Below are positions 1-13,871 of a stretch of DNA of 64,000 nucleotides, piece by piece. The translations under genes were made by a program, and so were the position numbers. The notes beneath the pieces were generated by a model. It was not told where the DNA came from. It saw nothing but the letters and a program-made list of their open reading frames with translations, and searched no databases. Source of the DNA: Felis catus (lineage: Eukaryota); NCBI RefSeq assembly GCF_018350175.1, contig NC_058383.1, positions 27,220,001 to 27,284,000 of the forward strand. Direction: 5' to 3'. Numbering within the stretch: position 1 is the stretch's first letter; each line of letters opens with the position of its first letter.

Positions 1-1157
<1,157 letters not shown>

Positions 1158-1444
1158 CTATGGGCTTAACTTAAGGTAGACTTTGCTCTCCGGACCTCAG
1201 TTTCCCCATCTGGAAATAGAAGGATGTTCCAACTAGGGACCAAGACTTTGAAAAATCTAAATGCTATGTCCATGGACCCCAATGCTTTGTAACTAACCGC
1301 GCCTCCCTTTCAAGTAAGTTTCCTTAATTGTTCTGCCCCTGGATCCTGGATATTCTGTTCTAGTTTCCTGCTTACATTCTAGCAGAGAGTGCTGTGATGG
1401 TTTATTTAAGGGCTCGGAATGTCATAAGAAAGTTATAAGGGGAG

Positions 1445-1533
1445 AAAATATATTATATAATATATTTTATATATTATATATATATAAATATATGTATTTA
1501 TATTTATATATATATATAATATATTATATATAA
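1445..1533. repeat. AT-rich (TA)n low-complexity repeat with internal palindromes
   Basis: Almost pure A/T; 1445-1468 is a perfect 24-bp palindrome. Confidence 0.9.
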
Positions 1534-2222
1534 TCTACTGCCTTTGGACATACTCAGAGGTCTACACCCATACGAGAAATGAGGTGGAGCCAGAGTGAAC
1601 TCTGAGGGAGGGACGTCCTGGCTGTTTTGGGGAGAAGCACCTGTTGCATTATGATCTTTACAATGAATCCCAGGCGGGGAGGTAAACCTGTAACACTCTC
1701 GTGTTTGGGCTCGACTCCTGATGTTTGTACCTGGAGCAGAACTGATTAAGTCACCCGGGTGTCAGGAGAAAGGCCAAGAGTCCTTCTGGAGACCATGCCT
1801 GCTAGGGATCTTTCCAGGAAGGCCCCCAACTCAGCTTCTCCGTGCCTAGGCGGGCCCTGGCCGTTTTGAGCTCATAGCAAATGTACCATTCAACGAACAC
1901 CCTGCATCATTTCCAAAACAAGTTGCTTCTGCGTAGAGCCCATTACCGAGGCCTTAACCTGAAAAGAGTACCCACTGTTCCAAAGCTAGACCCAGAGGGG
2001 ACCTCTAGAGCCACAGACGACGCTAGTTGGCTCCATAAATCTACCCCCGTTGCTATAGAAACACAATGGCCAACAGTAGCAATTCTGAGGGAAGAATCTC
2101 CTTCGGTTTTCCTAAACGTGTCTGTTAACAATTGCCGGGGAAGAAGATGGTCGAACGAAACGGCAGAAGTGGGGCTGGGGCCTGTGAGTGGGCTGAAGTG
2201 CTCCACGCAGCTCCTACTCTAG

Positions 2223-2437
2223 CAGGTGGGCAAACTGTGGCCCCCGGGGGCCTAATCCTGAGTGCCATCCACTTTTGTAAATAAAGTTTTATTGAAAAAC
2301 AGCCACCACTGTTGGCTCATGTACTGTCTATGACTGCTTTCCCGCTCCAACACCAGAAGTGATGGTTGCAATACGATCCCTTTGGCCTGCCTAAATATTT
2401 CTATCTGGCCTTTTAAGAAAAAGTAGGCAGACACCGG
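2223..2437 (+). mobile_element. MER58A-like hAT-Charlie DNA transposon
   Basis: GGCAAACTGTGGCCC...TTTTGTAAATAAAGTTTTATTGAAAAACAGCCAC...TATCTGGCCTTTTAAGAAAAAGT matches the recalled MER58A consensus. Confidence 0.8.
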
Positions 2438-4899
2438 CTCTCCAGGAGTATGGGCTCAGGAGGTTCCTCTTCCCCTGGGCTTGGTTTACATCCCTGTGCC
2501 CACTGTCCCCACGTGGCCTAGTAATGGTCTGGAAAAGAAGTCACATATGGCTGCCTCCTTGTTGCCTTTGCCCCATCTCTCCAGGATCCAGCACCAATTT
2601 CTCCCGGACATCCCTAGTCTTCTCATTTTGCATGTGAGGGAACTGACCGTTCGTGAGCTTGCCCAACGTACCCCAGCTGGTTGGTGGTGAAGCTGGGATT
2701 CGGCTGCAGGCCCCATGGCCTGGGTTACCAATTCCCCTACCCACTTGCAAGAAGGTATAGAGCCCCGTGGACCCTCATCACTCTGGCTCCTTGGGCACTG
2801 CAGCCTGGCCTCCGACCAGAGTCCCTTCCCATCCACTCCAGCCCAGCTACGTGGATCTGGAATAGACATGCCACCTCCAAGGAGTCATCTCAAGTCTGGC
2901 CAGTGGCTCATCAGGATGCAAGCAGTCACACAGAAAGAGGGATGGTAAGTAGGGCCACAAGGCAGCAAGAGCCAGGAGGTAAAGGCGTAGGAAGGAGGGA
3001 GCAGCCACCAAGAAGGGAGAGCGGAGTCTGTACTGGGTCCCAGCACAGCTGCTGGTGATACACAAGTCTTCTATCCTGGTCCGTGAAGGGCAAAGTGGCA
3101 GCTCTGACCCCTGCTTCCAGCCTTTCTTCCCTCCCCACACTTCTTCCAAGAAATCACCCTTGCTGAGACGCCACACCTCTGTTCTTATAACCTAAGTGAA
3201 CCCCCCTGATGCTCGTCTTTTCCCTTCTTCCTGTCCGGAGGCCCTCACAGAAACCCAAGCAGCCTCTCGGCCACATTCTTCAGCACTTTCCACAAGTCAT
3301 GCACCACAGACTCAGTGGCTCACAGGTATCACTTCCGGGATGCAGTCACCCCATAAGGGTTACCGTCCTTGCCACTTGACACAAAGAGAAGCCGAGGCCT
3401 GTCGCTCTAACCTTCCTGAGCACATACCAGGTGCCGGGCACCAAACTAAGTCCTGACATGTGGGGTGCCACTCAACCTTTAAAAACAACTTCCAAGGCAG
3501 GTACTGCGCTTCTCCCATCTTACAAAAGATGGGGGGGGGGAGAGCTCAAGGATGCTCAGTGGCCTGCCCAAAGTCATCTGGGGGAGGAAGTGAGATCGCA
3601 CAGGTCTGCTTCTACAACTTGCTACGGCGCACCACCCCTTCCGTTTGGCTGGGAGGTAAACTGAGGAGTGAGCTCCCCCTTGTCTACTGCGGGGAGAGGA
3701 GGGGCGGTTTCCCTCTTTGTTCGTCTTAGCCCAGGCTGGAATGGAAATGGGTCTTGGGAGGCTGGTTTTCCAATAAGGCTCTTGACAAACACTTCAGTTC
3801 TTTTTCGTCTCAGCACACGGTAGGGCTGTACTTCCCATACCCTGCAAATCAGGCACAGCCGAGCAACGTGCTGCGGCCAAGACAAGCGGAAGGAACCAGG
3901 GCACGGTTTGCCACATTCCCCTTTCCTCCATAGCATCCCACCACACTCCTGATGGTGAAGGTCCGGCATCCCCGAGTGAGCCTAGTGCGGAGCGGGGACC
4001 AACTCTCATACCTCTTGCACTTTTTCCCTCACTGACTCACGGGGATCTTTGTTACGGCAGCAGAGTAACTCATCCTGACTGATACAGGAGCCAACCTGGG
4101 CTGCTTTCTTCCTCCGAGCGGTCCTCAGATTCAGAAGTCAGTTTGGGGGTGCCTTTTTTCGTTTGGTTTTGCCTCTGACAGAAAATCAGTTCAATGACTA
4201 CTGCTGTCTGAAAACATGAATTTCACTTCTGACCCCAAGCTCGTTTTCTAGGAGTTAACAAGAAGGTGGGAGTAAGCGGAAGAGTCTCTGTCTTTGCAGC
4301 AATGTGTATCCTCTCTCATCACACACAGCCCAAGTGTTATTCTGGGGTTGCTCTCTTTCCTCATTAAGGGAGGATCACAAGTCTGAGCAGAAAACCTCCA
4401 TAAGCCACCGATTTCAAAAGCTCTCATTCTCTCACTTCCTGGAAGAACTTCTCCAGACAAAACCAGACACAGGAAACACTGCAATCAATGAAGCTAATCT
4501 GACCATCGGAGAACGTCTGATTCCTCCAGTTAATTTGTGATATCAGGGCCAGGCGCCACCATCAATTCTAATATAACTCCTGATTAATGCGTCATCTACT
4601 CAGAGAGGCCCCCACAATGCGAATGGTTGGCTCTGTGTCTCCCTGTGGCCTTCCGCCTGGCCCCAGGCGCTCCACAGCTGCCAAAGGAAATCAAAAGATT
4701 CCAGGGGAAGAGGGAAGGGAAAGATTTGTCTTCTGGAATGAAGAGTTCAGAGATACTAGACAGCTTCCAGAAAGGTCAGTGAGGGGCACATTCAATGACA
4801 ACCAGGCGTCATTCAGAGGTCTGAGATCTCCTGGCTCATGGAGTCAACTCTGCTTTCTACAGTAGCTGATGAATTCTCCCTTGGCTTGTACCCACTCTG

Positions 4900-5545
4900 T
4901 TCTTTTTAAAATTTTATTGTGGTATCAATACTTAACATAGGATCTACTCTCTTAACCCATTTTTAAGCGCATGATGCTATATTGCTACCTATAGGTGTGA
5001 TGTTGTACAGAACATCTCTAGAATGTATTCATCGTGCGTAATGGAGACTTTATGCCACTTGATTAGCAATTCCCCACTTCTGGCTCCCCCAGCTCCTGTC
5101 AACCACCATTTTATGGATTCGCTGAGTGTGACTATTTTAGCTGTCTCGCCTAAGTGGGCTCATGCAGTATTTGTATTTCTGTGACTAGCTTTATTTCATC
5201 TTGCATTGTCTTCCAGGTCCATCCATGGTATTGCATATGGCAGGATTTCCTTCTCTTTTTAAAAAAAAAAAATGAGAGGGGGAGGGGACATGCATGAGCA
5301 GGGGAGGGGCAGAGAGAGAGGGACAGAGAGACTCCTAAGCAGGCTTTGCACTGTCAGCGCAGATCCCGATGTGGGGCTCGATCCCAGGGATCATGAGATT
5401 GTGACTTGAGCTGAAATCAAGAGTTGGATGCTTAACCGACTGACCCTCCCAGGCACCCCAGGATTTCCTTCTTTCTTAAGGCCAAATAATGTTCCACTGA
5501 ATGTACACACCACATTTTCTCTATCCATCCCTCGATGGACGTGAG
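4900..5545 (-). mobile_element. Old L1 (L1MA/L1MB-type) 3' UTR fragment, interrupted by a SINE
   Basis: Typical antisense L1 3' UTR text (AACCACCATT, CATGCAGTATTTGT, CCATCCATG, GGATTTCCTTCTTT..AAGGC..AATAAT..TTCCA), which continues across the SINE. Confidence 0.8.
5255..5459 (-). mobile_element. CAN-SINE (older subtype carrying CTCTTGATTTCAGCTC) with 13-bp TSD
   Basis: TSD AGGATTTCCTTCT at 5242-5254 and 5460-5472. Confidence 0.92.
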
Positions 5546-7199
5546 ATACTGCCTGACCTTCCCAGTAACTCTTCACCTGCACACCAAGGGTCAACAGCTC
5601 TCTGATCTTCTCTTCTTTCCCCAGAGAATCAAGACCCAGACACCCAAATCCAGGTCCCCTTCCCTACGTAAACCAACCGTGGGAGGTTTCTAGGCAGATA
5701 CAAGCAAGATAACCATCCTGTCCTCAGCACTCACATCCCTCCTACCGTGGCCCTTCATACACCTTGTGTCCTGAATCCTCTCAAACACCCACGGAAGCAG
5801 GCAGGAGTAGTCCTAATTGAGGGAAGGACATGAAGGCAGAGGGAGGTTAAACAACCTGACCATGGTCATGCTGCTAGAAATGAAGTGACTCAAACTCCCT
5901 GTGCCTCAGTCACCTCATCTTGAAAACGGGAATGATGACAGTAGTTACCTCAGGGGAATTTTAGTGAGGATGAATGTTATGTAAAACTTCCAGAATGTGC
6001 CTGCCACCCAAAGCAGGAAGAAGAATAACCACTGAATCCAGATTAGGTTTGCTACCAATGAGCACTGGGCCTCAACCATCTCACCCCTGACGGTCTCTGC
6101 CTGCAGGACAGATTGGTTATTATTTTCTCATTAGGATCAACTAGCTGTGTCCCCCTTATTCTTAACCAGTTCAACACTCTCACCTTGAGTTATTTATGCA
6201 AATGCAACCCTTTGACTTATTTTATTTTAATGTACTTATTACAATGATTGTACATTCAAATGTTTGCTTGAGAGCTCCAAAACTCTAATTGCTCTGCTGA
6301 TGCCTTACGTCTAGGCTGCCGCTAGAATCCATTTTTATTCTAGAGAAATAATTAAATGCAATAATGTCCTCTATTCTTATTCAACCTTGGGCACGTGTGG
6401 AGCCAATTTCAATCAGGGAGAAATATGCTAAACCCAGTATGGCTTCGAAAGGCAGGTTATGTGACCCGGGCTGCTGTTCGGAGGTGAATTAAGGATCCAT
6501 GTCTGTTTCTCCTTGATTTTCCCATGTTCCGATTTCAGAGTGGGTCTCTCCTCACCCCATTGACTGAACCTGGGCCCCTTGTTTCTGCTTTAAGGAGGTG
6601 GAGGGGGGTGGCTGTGTTTGTTTTACAACTACCCGCTCACCGATACACCGTCGCTCTTATTTTTTGTAGAGAAAGAACACTGGACAGGGCGGGAGAAGAC
6701 CCGGGTGGCTGTCTTGCTTTGGAGACGGTCCAATTTTCTCATCTGTAAAATGACAGGTCCTGTATACGTGTTCCTCAGCGTTCTCTGAATCAGCCACTAA
6801 TCAACACGACTGACTCACAAAGTTCTGCCATTCCAGCTCAATGAGAAGTCATTCGTGGACTGTATGAGATCAGGGACTGAGAAAGAGATGGATACTCCCA
6901 AGGGCATCATGTCTCCTTCCTGACTCATTCTCGATTATTGTGTCCAGGGGCCCTTGGACCTGGGAGACATCATTTCACCTCTCTGTGCCTCAGTTCCCTC
7001 ATCCGACCCGGGGGGCTGAGGCTGGCACTGTCCTCCCAGGAACCAAATTGATGAAACACAGAACACAGGGCTCGACACATGCCAGGTGCCGAGGAAACAT
7101 GCCATCTATTAGAAAATACACATATGGCACTTACATGTCCGAAGCTCTATCCCAAGCCCCTCTGCACGTACCAGTTCCCGTAATCCTCGTGATGACCCT

Positions 7200-7330
7200 A
7201 TCAAGAAGATGCTCCATTTCTCTCCCTGTGTTTTGGATGGGAGCACTAAGGTTCAGGGATGTTACATGTCTGAATCTAGATCTAGGAAGGGGAGGAGCCA
7301 GGATTTGAACCCAGGTAGTCAGGGTCCAGT
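7200..7330 (-). mobile_element. MIR fragment
   Basis: TTTTGGATGGGAGCACTAAGGTTCAGGGATGTTA...GAGCCAGGATTTGAACCCAGGTAGTC. Confidence 0.65.
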
Positions 7331-8199
7331 GGTCATGCCTGCCAAAACCACACTGCCTCTCAGCAGCTATTAGGAGTAGAGATGATGTCAAAGGGACAAG
7401 CTGTCCCACCCGCTTGCTCATCACGACCAGTTTATGGCTTCCTTTTGTGCCATGTAGATGCAGAGCCAGATGACTGGTGGTTTGCTGTTGAACCCAGTGT
7501 CTGAGGCTTCATTCCCATCACCAGGGTGACCGAGGCCACTAGGAGGGCCACTGGGGGAGAAGCCCACACCTGCTTCCAAAAGGACCTCAATGCCAGGGTA
7601 GATGAATGGTGGAGGGGCAGTGTGCATGGTCGTACCCAATTCGAATACGCAATTACCCAGGCTGCCAATGCAAATAGACCTAACCCAGGCCTCTTGCCCA
7701 AGCTCGTTGGCATGCACTGCACATGGCTTGGCTGGCCAGTACTGAGAAGCCCGTGGGCCATGATGGGCATGGGCAGGCCCTTCTTTAACAGAACCCTAAA
7801 TAATAAGCCTGGTGCGAATTCAGTTCAGCGAATTGAGTTAACAGGAAACACAGCATGGGATAAGGAAGGAGGGCACTGGATGGATGGAGCTGGCTTGGAA
7901 TCCAGCCCTCACCCCTTAACCCCAGGAGAGGCCAAGATTTACCCCTCAGAGCCTTAATTTTCTGATTTACAAAAAAGGGGGTAAGAGGACCTACTTTGCA
8001 ACGGTGAGACAGAGAATAAGTAATATGGCACACTGATATTTAATTCTATTTAACAAAAGAGTATTTAGCATGGTGCTTGATATATATTCAGCACTTAGTA
8101 AGTTGCAGCAGGAGGACATTTTTAGCTGGTACCTCGTTGTCATTTAATGAGCAAGCCCTATATCTTGGGTAAAGACAGGGACGTGAGGCATAGTGCATT

Positions 8200-8360
8200 C
8201 AGATCTGACCTCTGCCATTTGCTCAGCGGGTGGCTCTGGGCACAACACCGTGTGACCTTCACTTTCCCTGCCTGTAAAATGGACCTAACTAGCACCTCCC
8301 TCATGCAGGCCTCTCTGAGAGTTAAGAGAGTTAATATACGTCATGCATTTAGCAATAAGG
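8200..8360 (+). mobile_element. MIR fragment
   Basis: CTGCCATTTGCTCAGC...TTTCCCTGCCTGTAAAATGG...GTTAAGAGAGTTAATATACG. Confidence 0.6.
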
Positions 8361-8429
8361 CCAAGAGCTTAAGAAGTATTACCTATAATTCATTACAATG
8401 GAGTCAATGCTTACAATGGTGGTCTAACA

Positions 8430-8945
8430 TGGTAGTTCTCAAAGTGTGGTCTGGGGATTCCTGCGGGTCCCTGAGACCCTTCTGAGTCATCTCCAGGTCC
8501 TTAATTCCATCAAAATACAAAGACATCCTGTTCCCTTTTTCTCTCATTCTCTCACAAGCACCTAGTGGAATTTTCCAGAGGCCACACGAGGTGTGAAATC
8601 ACAGCAAATTGAAAGCTGGAGCAAATGTGAGAATCCAGCAGACATCACAGAGATTTGCAAAAATGCAAAACAATGCCCCTTTTCACGAAATGTGTTTTTG
8701 TTGTGGAAAACATACCTATTTTTCAGACTTGTGCAGTCTGTATGTTTACTTGTGCAGACATGTTATGGGGGATCATTGGCATTTTAAGTAAACTAGTAAA
8801 CATTTTAAGAGTGCCTTAGTTTAAATTTCAATATACAGGGAATAATTGATAATCTATAAAATCTATGTAAACCAAAGCTCTCTGAGAGTCTACAACGTTT
8901 TGAAAATACATGGGGGTCCTCAGACCAACAAGTTTGAGAATGCTG
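8430..8945 (+). mobile_element. Charlie4a-like hAT DNA transposon, near full length
   Basis: Termini GTAGTTCTCAAAGTGTGGTC and AAGTTTGAGAATGCTG; internal GTGGAATTTTCCAGAGGC, GAGAATCCAGC and GAGATTTGCAAAAATG match the recalled consensus. Confidence 0.78.
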
Positions 8946-9204
8946 GCATAATACATACTTGCGATTCTAAATATCCTCTCGTGACTGAAATTAAAGGCAT
9001 AGGACTTTTTTCAGTTCCGTTGTTTCCCTATATGCCAAGCCTTTGGATTTATACTTTACTTACACACACGATAAATACACATAAGATAGAAATCTAGGTC
9101 AAGTGGAAACAGGGTGCTGTTAAATACTTTTAGAGGGAGAGAGGCAGCAGGAATCCAGATCCCTGAAGCCCCGGAACTATCTTCTGGGAAGGAAAGCGAC
9201 CTGC

Positions 9205-9656
9205 TGAGAAAGATTTCTCCTTGACCAAATTCTAGTCGGCTTCCTGTGAGCCCCTTCTCAACTAGGCCTCAACCTTGACCTATAAAGCCTGGAACCAGCA
9301 GTGACACAGTTTCTGACAGCTCAAGGATGATACCCTCTCCCTCCCCCTTTGTCGTGCCTACCTGAGAAAACTCAGGGCTGCCAGAAGCATTTAGTTGGTT
9401 CTAGCCAACCCCTGAAGACAGGGCTCCTGTGTCCTGGCCTCCTTGGGAGGGTAGGAGCAAACCTGGACACATGCCAGTTAGCAAACCCAGGTGGGTTTCA
9501 TATAGACTGATTCCCTCTTCCTGCTCTTCGCCGTTTTTTCTGTTCCCTGACTTCACTGAGCCCCTCCCCCAACCCCACCCCTCGCCGTGAACCCTCCCCC
9601 CTAGCATTCCTTCATTCTCCCCTTAAATTTTTTTAATGTTTATTTACTTTTGAGAA

Positions 9657-9720
<64 letters not shown>

Positions 9721-10015
9721 GCCTGTGAGTGGCAGATGGGCTGAGAGAGAGGGAGACCAGAATCCAAAGCAGGCTCCAGGATCTGAGCTGTCAGCACAGA
9801 ACCCAACGCAGGGCTCAAAACCACAAACTGTGAGATCGTGACCTGAGCTGAAGTCAGATGCTTAAAAGACTGAGCCACCCAGGCTCCCCACATTCTCCTT
9901 TTAAAATGCCCAGTCACCTCTGTAGCATTCGAGGTGCAGTCCGGTTCACGCTCGACTCCTTACCCTACTGTCACAGTATTATTACCAATTAAAATCTGTC
10001 CTCATGGCTTTGTCT
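9205..10015 (+). mobile_element. MER67-like ERV1 solo LTR, interrupted by a SINE
   Basis: Starts TGAGAAAGATTTCTCCTTGACCAAA; contains CTAGGCCTCAACCTTGACCTATAAAG, CCTGAGAAAACTCAGGGCTGCC and CCAGTTAGCAAACCCAG; polyA-like ATTAAAATCTGTCCT near the 3' end. Confidence 0.8.
9628..9890 (-). mobile_element. CAN-SINE with expanded (GA)n tract, inserted in the LTR
   Basis: Imperfect TSD CATTCTCCCCTTAAA (9613-9627) / CATTCTCCTTTTAAA (9891-9905); (GA)n at ~9652-9715. Confidence 0.92.
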
Positions 10016-11019
10016 ACCGCGGATACTGCCCAAGCCACACGGCCTGGACCTCAACCCTGTACGCAATACCTCATCCAGCGAGGACCGGACTCCAGTACGT
10101 GAGTCCAGCAGAAGCGTGCTCAGAGCCCAACACAAGCTGGGCCCACAAGCTTCTTCCAGTTCCACCAGGCATCGGAACGGGGCAGCGGTGGCTGGGGAAG
10201 ATCTTAACCTACCTCTTCTGGCTGTTTGTGTGTCGGACAGTACGAGACCCAGACGTGTAGGCAGAAAGATGGAGGGGTAGGAAATGATGGCAGAGGTGGG
10301 GCAGGACCAGAGGAAGAGGGAGGCAGTGCAGCAAACAGGGGCAGGCTAACAGGGACCACCTGTGATGACGCACCAGGAACCGCGCTACGCACTCCCCTTG
10401 GGACGGCCTATCCCTTCCTCCAAACAGGCCCAGCAAGCACGTCAGGGGTCAGCCCCCTACAACGCACTGCAGTCTCTGTCTCTGAAGCTCTACTGGGACA
10501 CAGCCACGCCCACCAGAGGCAGAATGGCCCGCAAAAGCTGAAATCCAGCCTTTGTAGACAAAGTGGGCACTGCTTCAAATAAGGAAACCGAGGCCAGCCC
10601 AAGCTTGCTCACGGTCATTTGGAGACGCAGGGTGGGGCTGGATGCCAGAGATAAGGTGAGGGTAGCAAATCAGCTGCAAGGACAGAGGGGAAGGTGAGAA
10701 GAGCTTTCTAGGAATGACTACTACCACCACTAGTTTGAAACAAAACGCCCAACACACAGCAGGGGTCTCTGCAGGGAGGCCTCATACCTGTGAAAGCAAA
10801 GAAATGGTCTCTAAGGTTGGCCCCTTCCGGAATGTCATTCGAACCTGAGTTTGCCTGCAATTACAACTTTCCATCAATTCATACTGAAGGCCACAATACC
10901 CAAAGGTGGAAAGGCAAAGAAGGAAAGAAGATACGACAGAGAGAGAGAGAAGGAGAATGAGAGAGGGAAGGAGCAACCCAGTCTTGTGTCAATGATCAAG
11001 CCTTCTGGGCACCTCTACG

Positions 11020-11222
11020 ACGGTTTCCCAGCGATGACAGTGCTGCCATGTGGGCCGGCTGACACTGCTGTGGGGGCGATCTTGTGCACCGTAGGATATT
11101 TAGCAGCAGCTGTGACCTACCCATTAGGTGCCACTGAGACCCCTTGTGAAAACCAAAAATGTCTTTAGACTTTGGCAAATGTCCCCCGGGAGGCAAAATC
11201 ACCCCCTGTGGAAAAGCCCGGC
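11020..11222 (-). mobile_element. MER20 DNA transposon
   Basis: GTAGGATATTTAGCAGCA...AACCAAAAATGTCT..AGAC.TTGGCAAATGTCCCC.GGGAGGCAAAATCACCCC. Confidence 0.78.
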
Positions 11223-11684
11223 TCTGGGGGCATGTTCTGTGGCAGCTGATGCTAGTGGGCCTCAGCTGCTCACACCCTGTCCCCGTCCAGGAACAGCAGC
11301 ACCTCGCGACGAGACAGGTTGTCCGAACAGGAGACCTAAGCCAGGAGGAAAGGGCCTGAGTTAACCAGGCAAAGGCACTCAAGGTCGGGGGGCGGGGGTG
11401 GGGGGGGCGGTGTGACAGCCAGGCGGGACGTGGTCAGGAGAAGTAACAGGTGCATGGCAGAGACTGGGATGAGGGTTAGGGTCCCCAGCTGGGCAAGGGA
11501 TAGCCTCGAGGAGGGGAGGGGCAGTCATTCAGAGTGTGGATAGTCCCTGAGTGATGGCACATGCCTTCATTTAAGCCAGAGGTCACTACAGGGTGACCAC
11601 AGGTTCCATTAAATGCACAGATGCTTGGTTTGCTCTGTAAGGTCTTCATCGGTTTGGCTTTTAATGCCCACTAAAATTTCAAAA

Positions 11685-11910
11685 TTTTTAAAATGTTTAT
11701 TCATTTTTGAGAAAGAGAGGAAGAGAGAGAGAAAGAATATGTGTGTGAGCAGAGGAGGAGCATAGAGAGCAGGACACGCAGAATCGGAAGAAGGCTCCAG
11801 GCTGTGAGCTGTCAGCGCAGAGTCTGACGCGGGGCTCGAACTCACAAACTGCGAGATCATGACCTAAGCTGACGTCAGACGCTTAATAGACTGAGTCACC
11901 CAAGTGCCCT
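11685..11910 (-). mobile_element. CAN-SINE
   Basis: Antisense tail, GA tract, GGGGCTCGAACTCAC, ends CACCCAAGTGCCC. Confidence 0.92.
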
Positions 11911-12239
11911 CAGTCAACATTTCAAATGCTGGAGACTTCATCTACAAATCTGGACTTCCAACCTCTCTTGGAAACATCAGGGGAGCTGACATCACTGGAC
12001 TTGGATTTCTATCTGTGACAGCTGTTTGAGGCTGAGCACTGGCCCAGTGGCACCAAGAAGGGACATCTATACTAAAGAGTATCAGTCTCCATCCACCCCA
12101 GCCCATGTCCCCTTAGTCCCTTGCATGCTGCAAGCCTATGAGGCATGACTGGTTAAAACCAAGGACCCAGGATCTTTAGATAACTATCTAGACTGAGCCT
12201 TGCCTCAAAGATCTTAGAACCCTTAACCAAACCTGTTAT

Positions 12240-13158
12240 TCCGGGGTCTTCAATGGAAATCAAACTGTCCCTCATGGAATGTTCTGAAAACATATGGTGG
12301 CATTTCTGGTTGCCACAATGACCGGGGGACGCTCCTGATAGTAGATAGATAGGCAGACACCGGACCTCTAGGAATGCATGGGGACACGCACTGCCAAGCA
12401 ATAAAAAAATGTCCTACATCTTGTAGGACATCTGAATGTCTCTAAGATGTCCGGTAGGTCAACAACTCATTTTAAATCATTGGAGCCAGGAACCCAACTC
12501 AAATTTACATATGACACAGAGTAGGTTGGAATGATTTTAACCTAACTGAATTTTCCAGGAAAGTAAATACCATTTAATTCAAGGGGACATTTTACATCAT
12601 TCATAGTTGGACCATAATTTGAAGAAAATAACATCATCCATACAAATGTAAGCTGTGGCCGGGCATCACCAACAAACACACCTGAATTTGTAACCATTGA
12701 ATTCTCGGTGATTCCACATATGGCACCTGACCTCGTCATGGGACTTCTAGCCCCCTGTCACTCAAAGTGCGGCCCCTCAGCTGGCAATGGCAGAAAGCTC
12801 TGGAAGGTTGTTAGAAAGGCAGGAACTCAGCTCCTGCCTGGGCCAACAAGAATCAGAATCCGCATTTTAACAAGCGCACCTCGGTGACCCACCTGTACAT
12901 GAAAGTTTGAGAAGTCCTAGTCCAGGGTTGTTGTGTGCCCCTGATCCTTTCTGGAATGAAATCTCTATTATTTTTTATTATAAATTACCTTTATATATCC
13001 TTGATATTATTACATGGGCAGGATATTGATCTGATTTAGAGCTGTTGAGTGTAAGTAGGTGATAAGTAATGGATTTCACTTCAAGACAGATAAAAGGAAT
13101 ATTCTAGAAGATGTGTTGCATTAAGAGAGTCTGGGTCTAACAGGGTTGAAAATCACTG
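12240..13158 (+). mobile_element. MER20B-like DNA transposon with nested MER5
   Basis: MER20-like 5' part (TTTCTGGTTGCCACAATGAC), internal CTGAATTTTCCAGGAA, terminal GGGTTGAAAATCACTG. Confidence 0.6.
12753..12919 (+). mobile_element. MER5A/MER5A1-like DNA transposon
   Basis: CTCAAAGTGCGGCCC...TTGTTAGAAAGGCAG...GAATCAGAATCCGCATTTTAACAAG...AAAGTTTGAGAAG. Confidence 0.75.
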
Positions 13159-13619
13159 GTTTATTCATTCTATGAACTTTAATTGGGTGCCTATTCCCTG
13201 CCAGGCAAGGCAGAGGCAAAGGAGAAGAAGGCGAATTAAGATGTGCTTCCTGCTGTCAGTGGAGTTCAGGCACAGAATCGGGAAGTGGCTGTGCACGTAA
13301 ATTATTTCACCACAGGACAGGGAGTGAAGGGCAGTGGGGATGGACGTGTGCCATGGGTGGGTTTCGTCAAGGACTAGGTTCCAAGGAGAGGAGAGGAGGC
13401 TTTCACAGAGAAAGCACTTTCCAGCCCCAATCCAGAGAAGAAAGAGCATATGCTCATGAGGCAGACAAAGAAATCAATGGCAGGAGAGACCAGCAAACCG
13501 CAACTTATTAATAATAACCATCGTTGCTGACATTTATTCCAAAGCCTGCGCTAAACACTCAACACAGATTATCTTTTAAAAATCCCAGAATGACACGTTA
13601 ACCAACTCCAACGGGGGTG

Positions 13620-13725
13620 GGGGTGGTGGATACTTTCACAATGTACACTTAAATCATCACATTGTATACTTTAACCATCTCAAGTATGATTTTATTTCTC
13701 AATTAGACTTCAGTAAAGCTGGCGG
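13620..13725 (+). mobile_element. L1 extreme 3' end fragment
   Basis: TTTCACAATGTAC..AAATCATCACATTGTATACTTTAA...CAATTAGACTTCAGTAAAGCTGG. Confidence 0.65.
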
Positions 13726-13871
13726 GGGAATCCCAGAGAGCTATTTGGTAGGCGCCATTAAGTAACAAGGCCCACATCCCCACATCACCCAGTATGGTTT
13801 TAAAATCCACTCACTACTCCCAAGCGCCATTAACAGCTGGCCCTTAGACGAGTGCCCCACGATTTCCAAAA

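Noticed and set aside
7535..7552. Second CTCF-like motif CCACTAGGAGGGC
   Set aside because: An extra base breaks the core spacing
9633..9917. Recurring peptide motif (SSPxSGSVLTAQSLEPASDSVSPSLS) shared by many ORFs, resembling a gene family
   Set aside because: It is the translation of CAN-SINE copies
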